Shown: positions 1 through 13,763 of the stretch, in pieces
Layout: each line of letters opens with the position of its first letter
How positions within the stretch are numbered: the first letter of the stretch is position 1
From: Octopus sinensis
Taxonomy: Eukaryota
Direction of reading: 5' to 3'
DNA length: 64,000 bases
NCBI RefSeq assembly: GCF_006345805.1
Contig: NC_043005.1
Span: 85,374,001 to 85,438,000, forward strand
Notes under the pieces: generated by a model
The model's database searches: none
Seen by the model: the letters and a program-made list of their open reading frames with translations, nothing else
What the model was told of the DNA's origin: nothing
Program-made: the position numbers and the translations under genes

Positions 1-254
1 AAAGCCATGGTCCCTTCACTTATGAGCAGCCAAATACATACACGCACACAAACACATTGACATTCCCACGTACATATACACAAATCTATACATAGACACA
101 CGCAATCTATAAACAAAACAAAGAAAAAAGGAGGAGGGAAGGGATGATGTCATACTTCGTCACCCACGCACTTAATTTTATTGCAATTAGTGGTAATAAT
201 TAACTTGCGTGAATATAAAAGTTTATAAGAAGATTGAAAGGCTTCCATTGAGTA

Positions 255-710
255 GTGTTTGCTTTATGAATGACTGTGTGTGTATATATGGATTTATGTG
301 TGTATATATGTGTGTATATGAATATACAAGAATGTTCATATGTGTGTATATATGTGTGTATATATGAATATATGTCTGTATATATGTGTGTATATGAATA
401 TATGCATGTATATATACGAATGTTTATATGTGTATATATCAATATATGTGTGTATATATGAATAGATAAGAATGTTTATATGTGTGTATAGATGAATATA
501 TGTGTGTATATATGAATATATGTGTGTATATATGTGTGTATATGAATATATGCATGTATATATGAATATACGTTTGTATATATATATATGTGTATATGAC
601 TATATGTGTGTATATATAAGAATGTTTATATGTATATATATATATGAATAGATAAGAATGTTCATATGTGTGTATATATCAATATATGTGTGTATATATG
701 TATTTGATAA
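255..710. repeat. Degenerate (TA)/(TG) microsatellite with ~20-40 bp higher-order units
   Basis: Recurrent 'gaatatatgtgtgtatatat' and 'gaatagataagaatgtttatatg' units. Confidence 0.9.
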
Positions 711-879
711 TGTGTGTGTCCTCGTTTGTGTGAGTTTGCAAGCTGAGGATAATTTCAGTGCATGTCAATATTTACGGTTTGCATGAAGTCAGCATTTCCA
801 AGTCTGCAATTTAACGAGTCTCAGCAAGTTCTCACTGTTCAGCCAATATTTGCCAGCTACATGCTATCCACTCAGTAGC

Positions 880-912
880 TGTGTGTGAGTGTGCGCATGT
901 GTGTATGTGTGT

Positions 913-948
<36 letters not shown>

Positions 949-1642
949 ATGCGTGTGTGTCTGAGTGTATGTGTGTGGTTGTGTGTGTGTCTGCATGTAC
1001 GTGTGTATGTGTGTGTGTCTGTGTGTGTCTGGTGTGTGTGTGTGTATGTGTGTCTGCATGTACATGTGTGTGTGTGTGTCTGCATGTGTCTGTATGTGTG
1101 TGTGTGTGTGAATGAGTGTATGTGCTTTTGTGTGCGTCTGTATGTGTCTGCATGTGTGTGTGTGTCTGCGTGTGTGTCTGCGTGTGTGTGTGTGTGAGTG
1201 AGTGCATGTGCTTTTGTGTGCATCTGTATGTGTCTGCATCTGTGTGTGTGCATGTGTCTGCATGTACATGTGTGTAATTGTGTGTGGTGTGTGTGTGGTG
1301 TGTGTGTATGTATGCGTGTGTGTCTGAGTGTATGTGTGGTGGTTGTGTGTGTGTCTGCATGTACTGTGTATGTGTGTGTCTGTGTGTTTCTGTGTGTGTC
1401 TGTGTGTGTGTGTTGTTGTCTGCATGTACATGTGTGTGTGTGTGTCTGCATGTGTCTGTATGTGTGTGTGTGTGTGAATGAGTGTATGTGCTTTTGTGTG
1501 CGTCTGTATGTGTCTGCATGGGTTGTGTGTCTGCGTGGTGTGTCTGCTGTGTGTGTGTGTGAGTGAGTGCATGTGCTTTTGTGTGCATCTGTATGTGTCT
1601 GCATCTGTGTGTGTGCATGTGTCTGCATGTACATGTGTGTAA

Positions 1643-1675
<33 letters not shown>

Positions 1676-1915
1676 CGTGTGTGTGAGTGAGTGTATGTGC
1701 TTTTGTGTGCGTCTGTATGTTTCTGCATGTGTGTGTGTGTCTGCGTGTGTGTCTGCGTGCGTGTGTGTGTGTGTGTGAGTGTATGTGCTTTTGTGTGCAT
1801 CTGTATGTGTCTGCATGTGTGTGTGTGTGTGCCTGCATATACACATGTGCATGTGTCTGCATGTACATGTGTGTGTGTGTATGTGTGTGTCTGCGTGTGT
1901 GTCTGTGCATGTGTA
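880..1915. repeat. GT-rich compound satellite (~90-95 bp subunits, ~365 bp higher-order period)
   Basis: 'gagtgtatgtgcttttgtgtgc(g/a)tctgtatgtgtctgcat' recurs near 1113, 1200, 1480, 1565, 1690, 1778. The His/Thr-rich ORFs here are artefacts. Confidence 0.9.
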
Positions 1916-2254
1916 CAGTCCGCAAATGGACTTAATCGGTCAGTAACTACAAATAAGTTATAGATTTTTCCTTGACAGGACTGAAGGCCACATATTTATA
2001 GATGGTCAATGCTGACGGATGAAGATGGAAATGATTGTGTGCTTATGTAATCTCCATGATTTTCTGAAGAGAACAAATTCTGAACAAGTGAAGTGATATG
2101 GCAACTGGAAAGAATTCAAGACAAAGTTCTCACTTGAAATTTACAGATGAGAACAAAAGAAACGCATTTTTACAAATGGTGGCTGCAACTCAGTTTTGAT
2201 AAATGCTTTTGCTTCGTTGCTCTCTTTAGAGCTTTTACTTGCTTCACTCTTTAG

Positions 2255-2705
2255 ACTGTGGCCATGCTGGGGCACCAGCCCAAAGAAATTTTAGTTGAAT
2301 GAATCAAACCTCACACTTATTCTTTTATTTGTTTCAGTCGTTTTACTGTAGCCATGCTGGAGCACTATCTTTAGTCGAACAATTTGACCCCAGATCATGT
2401 TGTTTGTAAGCCTAGTACTTATTCTGTTGGTCTCTTTTGCTGAACTGCTAAGTTACAGGGATGTGAACACACTAGCATCAGTTGTCAAGCGATGGTAGGG
2501 GGACAAAGAGAGACACAAATACACACGCACACATATACATATATACAATGGGCTTCTTTCAGTTTCTGTCTACCAAATCTACTCACAAGGTTTTGGTTGG
2601 CCTGTGGCTATAGTAGAAGACACTTGCCCAAGGTGCCACACAGTGGGACTGAACCCAGAACCATGTGGTTGGTAAGCAAGCTTCTTACCACACAGCCAGC
2701 CCAGC
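2255..2705 (-). mobile_element. tRNA-headed SINE (CORE-like family) with bipartite tail
   Basis: Reverse complement of 'gtggctgtgtggtaag...ggttcagtcccactg.gtggcaccttgggcaagtgtcttctactatag'. The same family recurs many times in the window. Confidence 0.85.
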
Positions 2706-2939
2706 ACCTATTCTTTTTCTTTCTTTTTAGATGGGCTGAATCCTGGAAATACCGCAAAACCAGGTCAGCCTATGGTAAAGGCAGAGCAAGCCCCTAACAC
2801 TTTGCTTCAATCTAAAGTCAGTTTAATATCAATGGCCCCCAAATAGGGACCATATCAAATATTAAGCTGATAAGAACAGGTGCTGCACTTTGAGCTGAGC
2901 CAAAAGTCCAAGTAGCAACATTTTTTTTTTCAAGCATAT

Positions 2940-3215
2940 ATTTATTTTATCAGTCTCTTTTGCCAGACTGCTAAATCATGGGGACATAAACGCACCAACA
3001 CTGGTTGTTAAGCAATAGTGGTGCAACAAATACACACACACACACACACATATGCAATGAGGTTCTCTCAATTTCTGTGTACCAAATCCACTCACAAGGT
3101 TTTGGTTGGTCCAAGGCTAAAGCAGAAAAATACATGCTCAAGATACCATGCGGTGGGACTGAACCCGGATCCATGCAGCTGGGAATCAAACATCGTAACC
3201 ACACAGCTGTGGCTG
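2940..3215 (-). mobile_element. CORE-like SINE copy
   Basis: Same family as 2255-2705. Confidence 0.8.
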
Positions 3216-3259
3216 TGTCATCAGAAGCTTGCTTCCTGTTGCTGTGTGCTAAGAGCTGT

Positions 3260-3550
3260 CCTTCCTAACCCCATGCCTCCAGGTTCACTCCCACCTTGTG
3301 GTACTTTGGGCAGGTGTTTTCTATTATAGCCTCAGACCAACCAAAGCCTTGTGGGTGGATTTGGTAGATGGAAACTGAAAGAAGCCTGCCATGTATATAG
3401 TATATATATATATACTCATATATATATACATATATATGGGTTTCTGTGTATTTTTGTCCTCCCCATCACCACTTGACAACCGGTGTTGATGTATTTATGT
3501 CCCTGTAACTTAGTGGTTTGCAAAAGTGACCAATAAAATGAATACTAGTT
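3260..3550 (+). mobile_element. CORE-like SINE copy
   Basis: 'ggttcactcccaccttgtggtactttgggcaggtgttttctattatag...gaaactgaaagaagcc' followed by the tail module. Confidence 0.8.
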
Positions 3551-3599
3551 TTTATATGTATATTAATGTGTGTCATATATATATATATGTATATATATA

Positions 3600-3652
<53 letters not shown>

Positions 3653-3672
3653 ATACATATATATATATACAT

Positions 3673-3704
<32 letters not shown>

Positions 3705-3939
3705 ATATATATATATATATGTATATATGTATATATATATATATGTGTTGTATGTGTGCGTGTGTAGATAGATAATTAGATAGATAGATAGATATAGATA
3801 GATAAGTGAATAGATAAATAGACAGATACAATAGATAGAGGACCGGAGATATGCTGTGACTGAGAAGACCTAGCAAATAAAGTGAGTTCACAACTGTAAC
3901 CCACACCAGTGTTGCCCTCTCAAAAGTACCTTGGATTGT

Positions 3940-4255
3940 AGGGCAACTTACCATGTCAAGTACATCAAATTCAAATCAAATGGAAATTGTAGTTGTGATC
4001 CCCATGCCGGTGGCATGTAAAAAGCACCATTCGAACATGGTACATAAAAAGCACCATCCTGTCATGGTCGATGCCAATCGCCCCTAGCCCCTGTGCCAGT
4101 GGCACATAAAAAAGCACCTACTATGCTTTCGGAGTGGTTGTTATTAGGAAGCGCATCAAGCTGTAGAAACACTGCCAGATCAGTTGAACCATCTAACCCA
4201 TGCCAGCATGAAAAAAGGGAGTTTAGCGATGATGATGATGATGATGATGATGCTG
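3940..4255 (+). mobile_element. RTE-type LINE 3' UTR fragment ending in (ATG)n
   Basis: 'tggcacgtaaaaagcacc' subrepeats, then 'aacccatgccagcatg' and (gat)n. The family is linked to an RTE ORF end at 28720. Confidence 0.7.
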
Positions 4256-4754
4256 ATGAATAGATAGATTGCTAGATAGAGAGATAAATACATACCACAC
4301 TACATACTAATCCAAGCATTGACTATGTAGGCAAATAAACAAAGAATGTGCTTTTAATGATGGCAATGATGATGATGATCATCATCATCATCGACAGCAG
4401 CAATAATTGCAGTACAAGGTTGGGGAGGATGATGACGATGAAGTAGACATTAATATTAATAATGATGACAAGAGAGGACTCAGACGAGGACGAGGAATAG
4501 AACTGAAAGCATCCAACTCCCCCCTCCCCTCAAAACCACAGAAAGTTAAAAGAGAAAAACCATGGAACCGCCTTATAATTCTTCAGCAAATATAGAGTAA
4601 TACATGTTCTGGTGTGTTTATAAGAGGGGGTGGGTGAAGGAGAGCTGTTTGGAGGTGGGTTGAGTTATGGAGTGGGTGGAGGGGGCTGGGGAGGGGGATT
4701 GTATGGTTGATTGGTCGGGTAGTTAGTGATGGCAAGGATATTAACATCAAAACC

Positions 4755-4806
4755 AAAATATATACCCACAAATAATATGAAATTATATATACATGCACAT
4801 ACATAC

Positions 4807-4839
<33 letters not shown>

Positions 4840-4915
4840 CACACACATGTGCACTCATATACATGTATATATAGACACACACACACATGTATTTATATGT
4901 GTCTATTTATGCATA

Positions 4916-4949
<34 letters not shown>

Positions 4950-5110
4950 CACAAATAATATGAAATTATATATAAATGCACATGCATATGCATATATATA
5001 TTATATATATATATATATACATACACACATGTATTTATATGTGTATATTTATGCACATGTATATATACCCAAAAATGATATGAAATTATATATACATGCA
5101 CATACATACT
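4755..5110. repeat. Triplicated ~120-180 bp microsatellite-containing unit
   Basis: 'atatacccacaaataatatgaaattatatata' occurs at ~4761, ~4943 and ~5063. Confidence 0.8.
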
Positions 5111-5549
5111 CATATATATATGTACAGACATGTGCATACATATACATGTATACATAGGCACACACACACACACACATATATTTATATGTGTATATTCATG
5201 CACATGCATATATATGTAACATATATATATATATATATATATATATAACATGTATTTATTAAATATATATAAGTATATATGTATATGTAAATGTACATGC
5301 TTGTGTGTGGATATATAAAAAAATATATTCATACATGTGTGTTTACATAAATGCATATATTAGTGTCAATAAATGTATAAATATAAACATACCAATATAT
5401 ACAAATATAAACATTGATATGCTTTAAGCATATATATATATCTGTATATATGTATATATATATATATATATATGCATATATATACAGATATATAGATATA
5501 TAGATATGTATATTTATATATATATGTGTATGTATATGTATATATACAT

Positions 5550-5580
<31 letters not shown>

Positions 5581-5583
5581 GAT

Positions 5584-5619
<36 letters not shown>

Positions 5620-5862
5620 ACAGATAGATAGATACATATATATTTACATATATTTATATATATACATGCACACACGCACTCATACGTATATATGACCACT
5701 GAAACGTTCAAAGAAACAACCAATGCCGACGCTAAATACATTTCTTTCTACATTTACAGATTTAGACATTAATGAATGCTATAAAAGACAGCAACAACAA
5801 CAACAACAACGGACAAACAAGCAAAACCTAAATCTACTACAACCACTACTACCACCACCACC

Positions 5863-5914
<52 letters not shown>

Positions 5915-6426
5915 ATTTATATTTGCCAAACCATGTATGGTTTTGTTGGATTGAACCGTGTTTGTAGTGTGTCATTGGAAGTGCTGCTGGTATTTCATTA
6001 GAACATTCTAGAAAATTGAAGATAATGATACGTTGCGACACATTTACCACTTCACACTAAACAGCCAAGATTACCGTGCATTACCTATTGTCTACACGTC
6101 TTCGCTGTAACCTTTCATACGGATTAACTCTATCAGGACGAACTTGCAAAAAATTGAAATCTCTGCAAACGTACATGTTCATTTGTGTATAATAAGAGAA
6201 AGAGTAAGAGTGAGAGAGAGTGGGGGAGAGAGTGTGTATGGCGGTGGAGGGGTGGATTATGTGTAATGCATTCTACGTCATTACCGAAGATGGATTCCTT
6301 TTATGTCTACTGATGCTTAAAGGGCAAATGGTGTAAAAGATGGTGACGGCATGGTTAAAAGTAATCTCACATATGTGCACATTCACACGCACGAAACATA
6401 CACATACACACACACACACACACATA

Positions 6427-6470
<44 letters not shown>

Positions 6471-7247
6471 ATATGCACATATATATGTATGTTTGTATAT
6501 GTATATAAATGGCAGATCTACTAAACGTACAAGTATTTAAAATTTGTGCAAACATTCGTACATAAAAATATGACATCAGCTACATAATTTGTAAATGAAG
6601 ATTTTCAATGCAGCTGATGTGTCTATATGTATATATATTATATATATATATATTATATATATATATATCATCATCATCGTTTAGCGTCCGTTTTCCATGC
6701 TAGCATGGGTTGGAATATATATATATATATATAATATATAAAGAGAGAGAGAGAGAGGGAAATAGATAGAAGAGAGAGAGAGAGAGAGAGAGGGAGGTAG
6801 ATAGAATAGATATATATATATATAGAGAGAGATGTCTGCTACTCTTGCTCTGCACACATGCACATGTATAGATACATACATACACATATATACACACTTG
6901 CACGTACATGTAGATAAAAACACACACCCACACACAAATACACGCACACATATATTTATATATATATATTTTTTTCCACACATACATATTGCACACACAC
7001 CCACACTCATACACAGGCACACATATACATATACACTCACACACACCATATATATATAGATACTGATATATATATATGATGATGATATATATATATATAT
7101 GTTGAGACATATCTTTAGATATTGACACACACACACATATATATATATTACACAAACATATATGCATAGGTTTATACACACTCACACACATATAACATAT
7201 ACATATATGTATAGGTCTACACACACACACACACACTCACACACTCA

Positions 7248-7279
<32 letters not shown>

Positions 7280-7917
7280 TATTCACATATATATCAGTTA
7301 ATTGTACGCCACAATTTTGTTTTAACGAGTTTGCTGAACATATTATAAAATATATTTATATTCTTTTTAATAATAATGTTTCTGTGTGCGTAACCAACCA
7401 ATGCTATCTTATTAACGGTTCACCATTATCAAGAATATGGCTGATCAACCATTTCCAAAGATATTTTGGTGTTTTGTTACGTGTGCTTACAGCATTAGTT
7501 GACAGTTCTTGTGTTTTTTTCTTTTGTGTTGTATTTATTGGCATTCCTGGTTATGACGTATTGTCAAAAATGGCAGGAATATTTGTCGAGGAATCTTGTT
7601 CTATTTTATTTCCTTATCACAATCTCTTAACACAACAACGTTTTCACCTCGGCTCATGGTAACGCTTTGCTTCACATCAATCCAAATTTACCAAGAAACA
7701 TTTCAAAAGTCTCTGATCATTTAAATAATGCTTAATACCATTATCTTTTATGGTTTCACTGTTTTTCTCATTGGACCTCAGTCATGATGAGACAGTATCT
7801 TGAAGGGTTTTAGGTGAATGAATAAATACTGGTACTTCTCATTTTCGTTTTTTATATCTGTTACTTATTCTAGCAAACAAACATCAACTGCTTTGAGAAA
7901 GAAAACAAAAATGAAAT

Positions 7918-8150
7918 ATATATTTCTTTACTACCCACAAGGGGCTAAACATAGAGGGGGCAAACAAGGACAGACAAAGGGATTAAGTCGATTACATCGA
8001 CCCCAGTGTGAAACTGGTACTTTATTTATCGACCCCGAAAGGATAAAAGGGAAAGTTGACCTCGGCAAAATTTGAACTCAGAACACAGCGGCAGACAAAA
8101 TACGCTAAGCATTTCGCTTGGCGTGCTAACAATTCTGCCAGCTCACCACC
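7918..8150 (-). mobile_element. tRNA-headed SINE with Nin/Deu-like central domain
   Basis: Reverse complement of '...gagttcaaatt..gccgaggtcaactttccctttt.atcctttcggggtcgataaa..aagtaccag'. The Nin/Deu label is from recalled similarity. Confidence 0.8.
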
Positions 8151-8489
8151 TAATAAAATATATACAAAAATGAAATATAGACAAGCAACAACTGGTGGCA
8201 TTATTTATAAGGTTTATGAATTAAGTCTCTTCATTTACATATCATTGATTTCTTTAACATAATGTTGCTTGGGATGAGTTTGAACTCAGGGATAATATTT
8301 TCATTCACAGCTGGTGTTGGTGCCATGTAAAAAGCACCTGTGCTTGTGCCACATACAATTAAAATGTACCCAGTCCATTCTGTAAAGGGGATGGCATTAG
8401 GAGGGGCATCTAGTAGTAGAAACCATGCCAAGGCAGATCCTAAGAGGCTGGTGTAATTCTCTGGTTTGCTAGTTCCTATCAAACCCTAA

Positions 8490-8910
8490 TCATCATCATT
8501 GTTCGACCGTGGTTGAGACAATGGAATTTACTATGTTACACCAGACTTCACGGTCCATCATAGCATTACGGAGGTCCTGTTGCTGGATGCCTATATCCCT
8601 GGAGATTACATCAGAGTAGGAGAGTGTGTGCCCTCTGGTATCGCGAGCAGATGGCTTCCAGAGGAGAAGAGCAGAAATTACCTCGTTTTCAGCTCTACAA
8701 AAACGTCCAGCAAACTGGACTCTTCTACCTTTCACAAGAGATGATACAGGTGGTAATTTCCCATATATTTGTACTTTGGTTGGATGATTCTTCCATGAGA
8801 GATTTTGAGTTCCCATAAGGAGGCGGGTGTAAGTTCCATCCAACTGCCTCTCAAGCTTCTTTGAAAATGTCCAGATTTCTGAGCCATATATTAGAATTGG
8901 TTGACATTAA
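8490..8910 (-). mobile_element. RTE-clade LINE C-terminal/3' fragment
   Basis: ORF 8496-8843 reads RRVQFAGRFCR...LLLWKP...DLRNAMMDREVW, a typical RTE ORF end, followed by (TGA)n. Confidence 0.75.
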
Positions 8911-9490
8911 AAGATTATGATGATGATGCTAACAGCTTAACCACTTTGCTACTGTACCAAAGTAAATAATTGATAACTTGTATTGCTTAACACTTACTAG
9001 TCTAGTCAGACATATCACTCTGACGTCTGCTTTTGACTCACTGATTGATTATTCAGTTAATGCTACATAAACTGTGTCTTTGATTTCTATAATTGTCCAT
9101 TGTATTTCTATGTCTTTAATGAAAGTTTGTTCAGAGCATTATAACTTTTCCTTCCCACAATGCACTCTCTCTCTCTCTGTATAATTCCAGGCTTTGATGT
9201 TTCCCTTCTGATTAAAGACTTGTAATATTCTTCTGATCTGTTCTTTAGAGGCTGTTGCCTGACTTCATCATTGTTAGAATTTCCAAATTTTCACAGAAGG
9301 CATTCTGTGTGCAGATCTTTAATTCAACCAGTGTCTGAGTTTGTTATATTTGGCAGAAAATAATATGTGGACTATAAACTTACTTTTAAACATTGTTCTC
9401 TTTTCATTTGCTGAGATGTTCTAAGTACTTAGTAACATAGTAACCAGGGTGCATTTGAGATTTAGCTGCATATTAATAAGTATATGACTT

Positions 9491-9770
9491 AAAAAATTAC
9501 TATTTTTAAATCTCACAACAAGAGATATTCAGCAACAGTACTTTGAAGTAAAGATTGTTTGCCAACATAACATGGCAGTCTTGATTTAGGATGAATGTTG
9601 CTGTAATTTAGCCCCAAGAGACATCGTTTCCAGTTGGCTATACAACACAATCAGTGTCCTTATATTTTCGAACAAGGAAATATAGCACCCCCACTTAGCT
9701 TAAAACAATATCTGTGTTTCATGATTTCTGGGTTATTCTGTGCTGATGAAGGGAAATAACCCGGAAATCG
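9491..9770. mobile_element. HHR-like fold-back family B, copy 1
   Basis: Shares 'aaaattactatttttaaatctcac...ggcagtcctggtttaggatgaatg' with 16010 and 52719. Ends in 'ctgtgCTGATGAagggaaataacccgGAAAtcg'. Confidence 0.75.
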
Positions 9771-9956
9771 CACTATTTATATATATATATATATTTATAA
9801 TGAGTTAATTCCTCTATTTTGTCTCCTTTCATTTGTCTTGCTTGCATACATACTAAAATTTTTGAGAACATTTTCTTTGTGGCAAGGCAATTTGGCATCA
9901 TCTTCTAGCATATTAGGAATCCACCTTGGTGGCTATTCCTCTTATATATATATATA

Positions 9957-9987
<31 letters not shown>

Positions 9988-10084
9988 ACACATATATACA
10001 TATACATACACACACACACACAAACACACACACAAATATATATACACGCATACATACATATATATACATGCATATACATATGTG

Positions 10085-10290
10085 TATGTCATGCCAGTGG
10101 CATGTAAAAAGTACCCACTACACCCTCAGAGTGGTTGGCTTTAGGAAGGGCATCCAGCTGGAGAAACTACCAGATAGGATTGAAGTCTGGTGCAGCCTTC
10201 AGACTTGTTAGCCCTCAGTCAAACTGTCCAATCCATGCCAGGATGGAAAGCGGATGTTAAACAATGAAGATAATAATGATGGTGATGTAT
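10085..10290 (+). mobile_element. RTE 3' tail fragment
   Basis: 'ggcatgtaaaaagtacccactacac...aatccatgccaggatggaaagcggatgttaaacaatg'. Confidence 0.75.
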
Positions 10291-10333
10291 GTATGTATGT
10301 ATGTATGTATGTATGTATATGCATATATGTATG

Positions 10334-10377
<44 letters not shown>

Positions 10378-10469
10378 TGTATGTATATATGTATGTATGT
10401 ATATATGTATGTATATATATATATACATATACATATATACACACATACATACATACATGCATATTTACA

Positions 10470-10508
<39 letters not shown>

Positions 10509-10538
10509 CTATATATATATATATTATATATATATATA

Positions 10539-10587
<49 letters not shown>

Positions 10588-10619
10588 CACATATACATAT
10601 GTATAGATAAACATGCATA

Positions 10620-10830
10620 TATCATCATCATCATCATCAGCATCATCATCATTTAACGTCCATTGTCTCTGTTGGCTTGGGTTGGAGTGTTTGACCAGGG
10701 CTGGTAAGCTGAGGGAGGGGGCTATACAAGACTCCAGTCTAATTTGGCAAGGTTTTCTATGGCTGGATGCCCTTTTTAATGCCAACCACTCTAAGAGTGC
10801 AATGGGTGCTTTTATGTACCACCTGCATGT
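10620..10830 (-). mobile_element. RTE 3' tail fragment
   Basis: (cat)n then 'tttaacgtcc...gctggatgcc..ttaatgccaaccactc'. Confidence 0.75.
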
Positions 10831-10883
10831 GTGCGATTTGCGTGACATATATACATACATACATACATACATACATACATACA

Positions 10884-10918
<35 letters not shown>

Positions 10919-11554
10919 GTGTGTGTGTACATGCGTGTGTGTGTGTGTGTGTGTATCTTCAGGGAGGTGCTCCAGTATAGCAACAGTTTAATGACTGAAA
11001 CAAGTAGTGGAATAAAATAATAAATGAATATGTATATATATATATATACGTATGTATACATATATATATGTGTATACATGCATACATACATATTTAAGTA
11101 TATAAGTTTTAGAAGTTAAGCAGAAGCACAAGGAGCAAAGAGAAAATTCACACACAAGACATGAGCACACACACACACACACACTCACACTCACACACTC
11201 ACACACACACACACACACACGCACAGACGTACACAGCTACACACATACAAGGGTGTCTAACAGGGAAGCACCTCATGGCAAACAAAGTCATGCTGTAATA
11301 GACAAAAATTAAATAACAGGAGAATTGTTTAATACAAGAGTGAAAGGAAAGGGACAATTTCAACGCCCAATTGCCTGATAGATTTACTTAGACACAGACA
11401 TAAATTCTGAGATTAAACAACTTATGGATAATTACAACAGCTGACTGATCGGAGTTCAGGGGTGATGGTGATGCCTCTACGGTAATCAATCATCTAATTT
11501 ATTTCTGCCATTTTTGATAACTCAGGCTTTAGTGCAAACAGGAGAATGAAAGAA

Positions 11555-11997
11555 AGAAGTAGAAGAAGAAGAAGAAGAAGAAGAAGGAGGAGGAGGAGGA
11601 GAGGAGGAGGAGAAGAAGAAGAAGAAGAAGAAGAAGAAGAAAAAGGAGAAGAAGGAGAAGAAAGAGAAGAAGAATGAGAAAAAGAAGGAGAAGAAGAAGA
11701 AGAAGAAGGAGAAGAAGAAGAAGAAGAAGAAGAAGGAGGAGGAGGAGAAGAAGGAGGAGGAGGAGAAGAAGAAGAAGGAGAAGAAGGAGAAGAAAGAGAA
11801 GAAGAAGAAGGAGAAGAAGAAGAAGAAGAAGGATAAGGAGGAGAAGAAGAAGAAGAAGAAGGAGAAGAAGAAGAAGAAGAAGAAGAAGGAAAAGAAGAAG
11901 GAGAAGAAGAGGGAAAAGAAGAAGAAGGAGAAGAAGAAGAAGAAGGAGGAGGAAGAGAAGGAGAAGAAGAAGAAGAAGAAGAAGAAGAAGAAGAGAT
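11555..11997. repeat. (GAA/GGA)n purine trinucleotide tract
   Basis: Directly visible. It explains the poly-Arg and poly-Ser ORFs. Confidence 0.95.
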
Positions 11998-12545
11998 TAG
12001 CATTCCAACAGAACTATCACAAAGGTAACTGATACAATCAAGGTATGAAATCAAAATGTGGAAACAAAAGAAAAAAGAAAAAAAAGATAGAAAAGGTAAC
12101 ATTTCCTTCATCAAGAATAATTTATTATCTTAGTTAAATATGATGTGTATTTTGTTAATGAGTGGAAGAAATACTAATTGCTTTCATTTAACAGTAAGAG
12201 GTGAAATTTTCGAGTGGTTACTTGATGTGTTCTATATCATAGTTAACAGTACATTACACAACACAACCTTCTGACCATGTATAATAATGCTTACAGATAG
12301 GGATTTATAGATATATATGCATGTCAATTAGATCAATTAGATCAGCCACAGTATGCAACTGGTACTTAATTTATCGACCCTGAAAGGATGAAAGACAAAG
12401 TTAACCTCGGAGGAATTTGAACTCAGAACCTAAAATATTCTACCTGTTTTATGTTCAGACTAGCCAGATCCAGCCTCTCACACCTACTCTACAATGTCAT
12501 TGTAAAAATAAACAATCTTCAAACTGCAAAATAATGTATAATTAA

Positions 12546-12853
12546 CTAGCAGTATCGCCCGGTGTTGCTCGGGTTTGTAAGGGAAATAACTATATAAGCA
12601 TTTTTAGAGATGTAAAGTATAATAGCCATCTCAATATGGCTAACCACAAAGGGGGGTGTTACTGTAGCTTTTTACGTTCTGAGATTTAATAATAAATTTT
12701 TAGAGAGTTACTTCCCTTATATATGCCAATATATATGAATCACGACTAGAAGATATCCGGTTTTGGTTAAACTGCACTGCAAAATGTGGGAGTAGTTAGG
12801 AATCTAAATCATAGGAGACAGACAGCACACAACCTCTCTTTTATATATAAAGA
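12546..12853 (-). mobile_element. Non-autonomous Helitron, internally deleted copy
   Basis: Minus-strand 5' TC and 3' CTAG, subterminal hairpin CCCGAGCAAC(A)CCGGG, A|T insertion site. Lacks ~90 bp present in the other copies. Confidence 0.8.
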
Positions 12854-12989
12854 TTTGAAACAATGTGGACAAATAAGCATTCCTTTCAACAAAGTAATCT
12901 AAATGCTGAAGGATTGAAAGGAATGTTACCATAGAAACTGAAAATAAACAACCAAGAAAACCCTGATGGATTATTGGCTTCTCATGAAC

Positions 12990-13157
12990 AGAATGCTACC
13001 ATATGCTGAGAGGAAGCTGAAGAGTTTTAGGTAAAAGAAAGTACAGGAGGATCAGTTGATTATGATTTTATTCAACATATTCCCCTCTCAGAGTCACACA
13101 CTTATTGCAGCGGGTCTTTAGTTTTTCTAAACCCTGTAAAAGAACTCAGAAGGTTGG
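12990..13157 (-). mobile_element. Mariner-derived MITE fragment
   Basis: Reverse complement of the family at 51485-51700 (FFLQGLEKLK...RGEYVE* transposase tail). Confidence 0.65.
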
Positions 13158-13169
13158 GACATCAACCAG

Positions 13170-13763
13170 GTGTTTCACGATACCCTTAAAGCCATGAACC
13201 TTCGAACCCTGAAGGTTAGCTATTCTTGCTGCAGAAATTTCGCCTCTTACATTAGCCAACATAATAGGAAGCTAATTGAGATTAGACATGGTGCCGAGCC
13301 CATTAAGAAATGTAATTTCAAAAACGAAAGCTCCTGTCCGTTAGAAGGGAAATGTCTAGTGAAAGGAGTAGTTTATAGAGCCAAGGTGCAAGTGGAAGGC
13401 TCATCGGAATACAAGACATACACAGGGGCTTCAGAAAATTCATTTAAAACAAGATTTTATTCTCATAAAAATTCTTTTAAATACCCAGAGAATAGGAAGA
13501 AAACCAGCCTAGCAAAATATGTCTGGGAACTAAAAGAAAAGGAAGCCCCACCTTTCAACGTGACATGGAGCATTCTGGACAGGGCGGCACCATACAGGCA
13601 TGGAGCTTACAAAAATAATTTCAAGTGCAGACTTTGTCTATTAGAAAAAATGTACATATTATTCAAAGACAATAATTCTTTGAATCAAAGAAGTGAGTTA
13701 ATGAACTTATGTAGGCACGCGGCTAAATTTAAAATGTCGAATATAAATATACCATATGGATAG
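13170..13763 (+). CDS. GIY-YIG endonuclease domain of a 5'-truncated Penelope-like element
   Basis: Motifs KVSYSC..N..S.IS.HN.K, C.F...CPLEGKCL, VVYRAKV, YTGASENSFKTRFYSH, SLAKYVWELKE, C.LCL.EK, LNQRSEL...CRH. No RT upstream; the ORF abuts a mariner MITE. Confidence 0.85.
   Translation: MFHDTLKAMNLRTLKVSYSCCRNFASYISQHNRKLIEIRHGAEPIKKCNFKNESSCPLEGKCLVKGVVYRAKVQVEGSSEYKTYTGASENSFKTRFYSHKNSFKYPENRKKTSLAKYVWELKEKEAPPFNVTWSILDRAAPYRHGAYKNNFKCRLCLLEKMYILFKDNNSLNQRSELMNLCRHAAKFKMSNINIPYG

Noticed and set aside
832-1925. Three 320-350 aa His/Thr-rich ORFs
   Set aside because: Open in all frames because (CA)n-type repeats lack stops; no domain content.
1978-2015. TEGHIFIDG peptide resembling an ABC ATPase motif after an acceptor
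   Set aside because: Followed by an in-frame stop, with no usable donor.
11494-12114. Poly-Ser and poly-Arg ORFs
   Set aside because: Translations of a (GAA/GGA)n tract.
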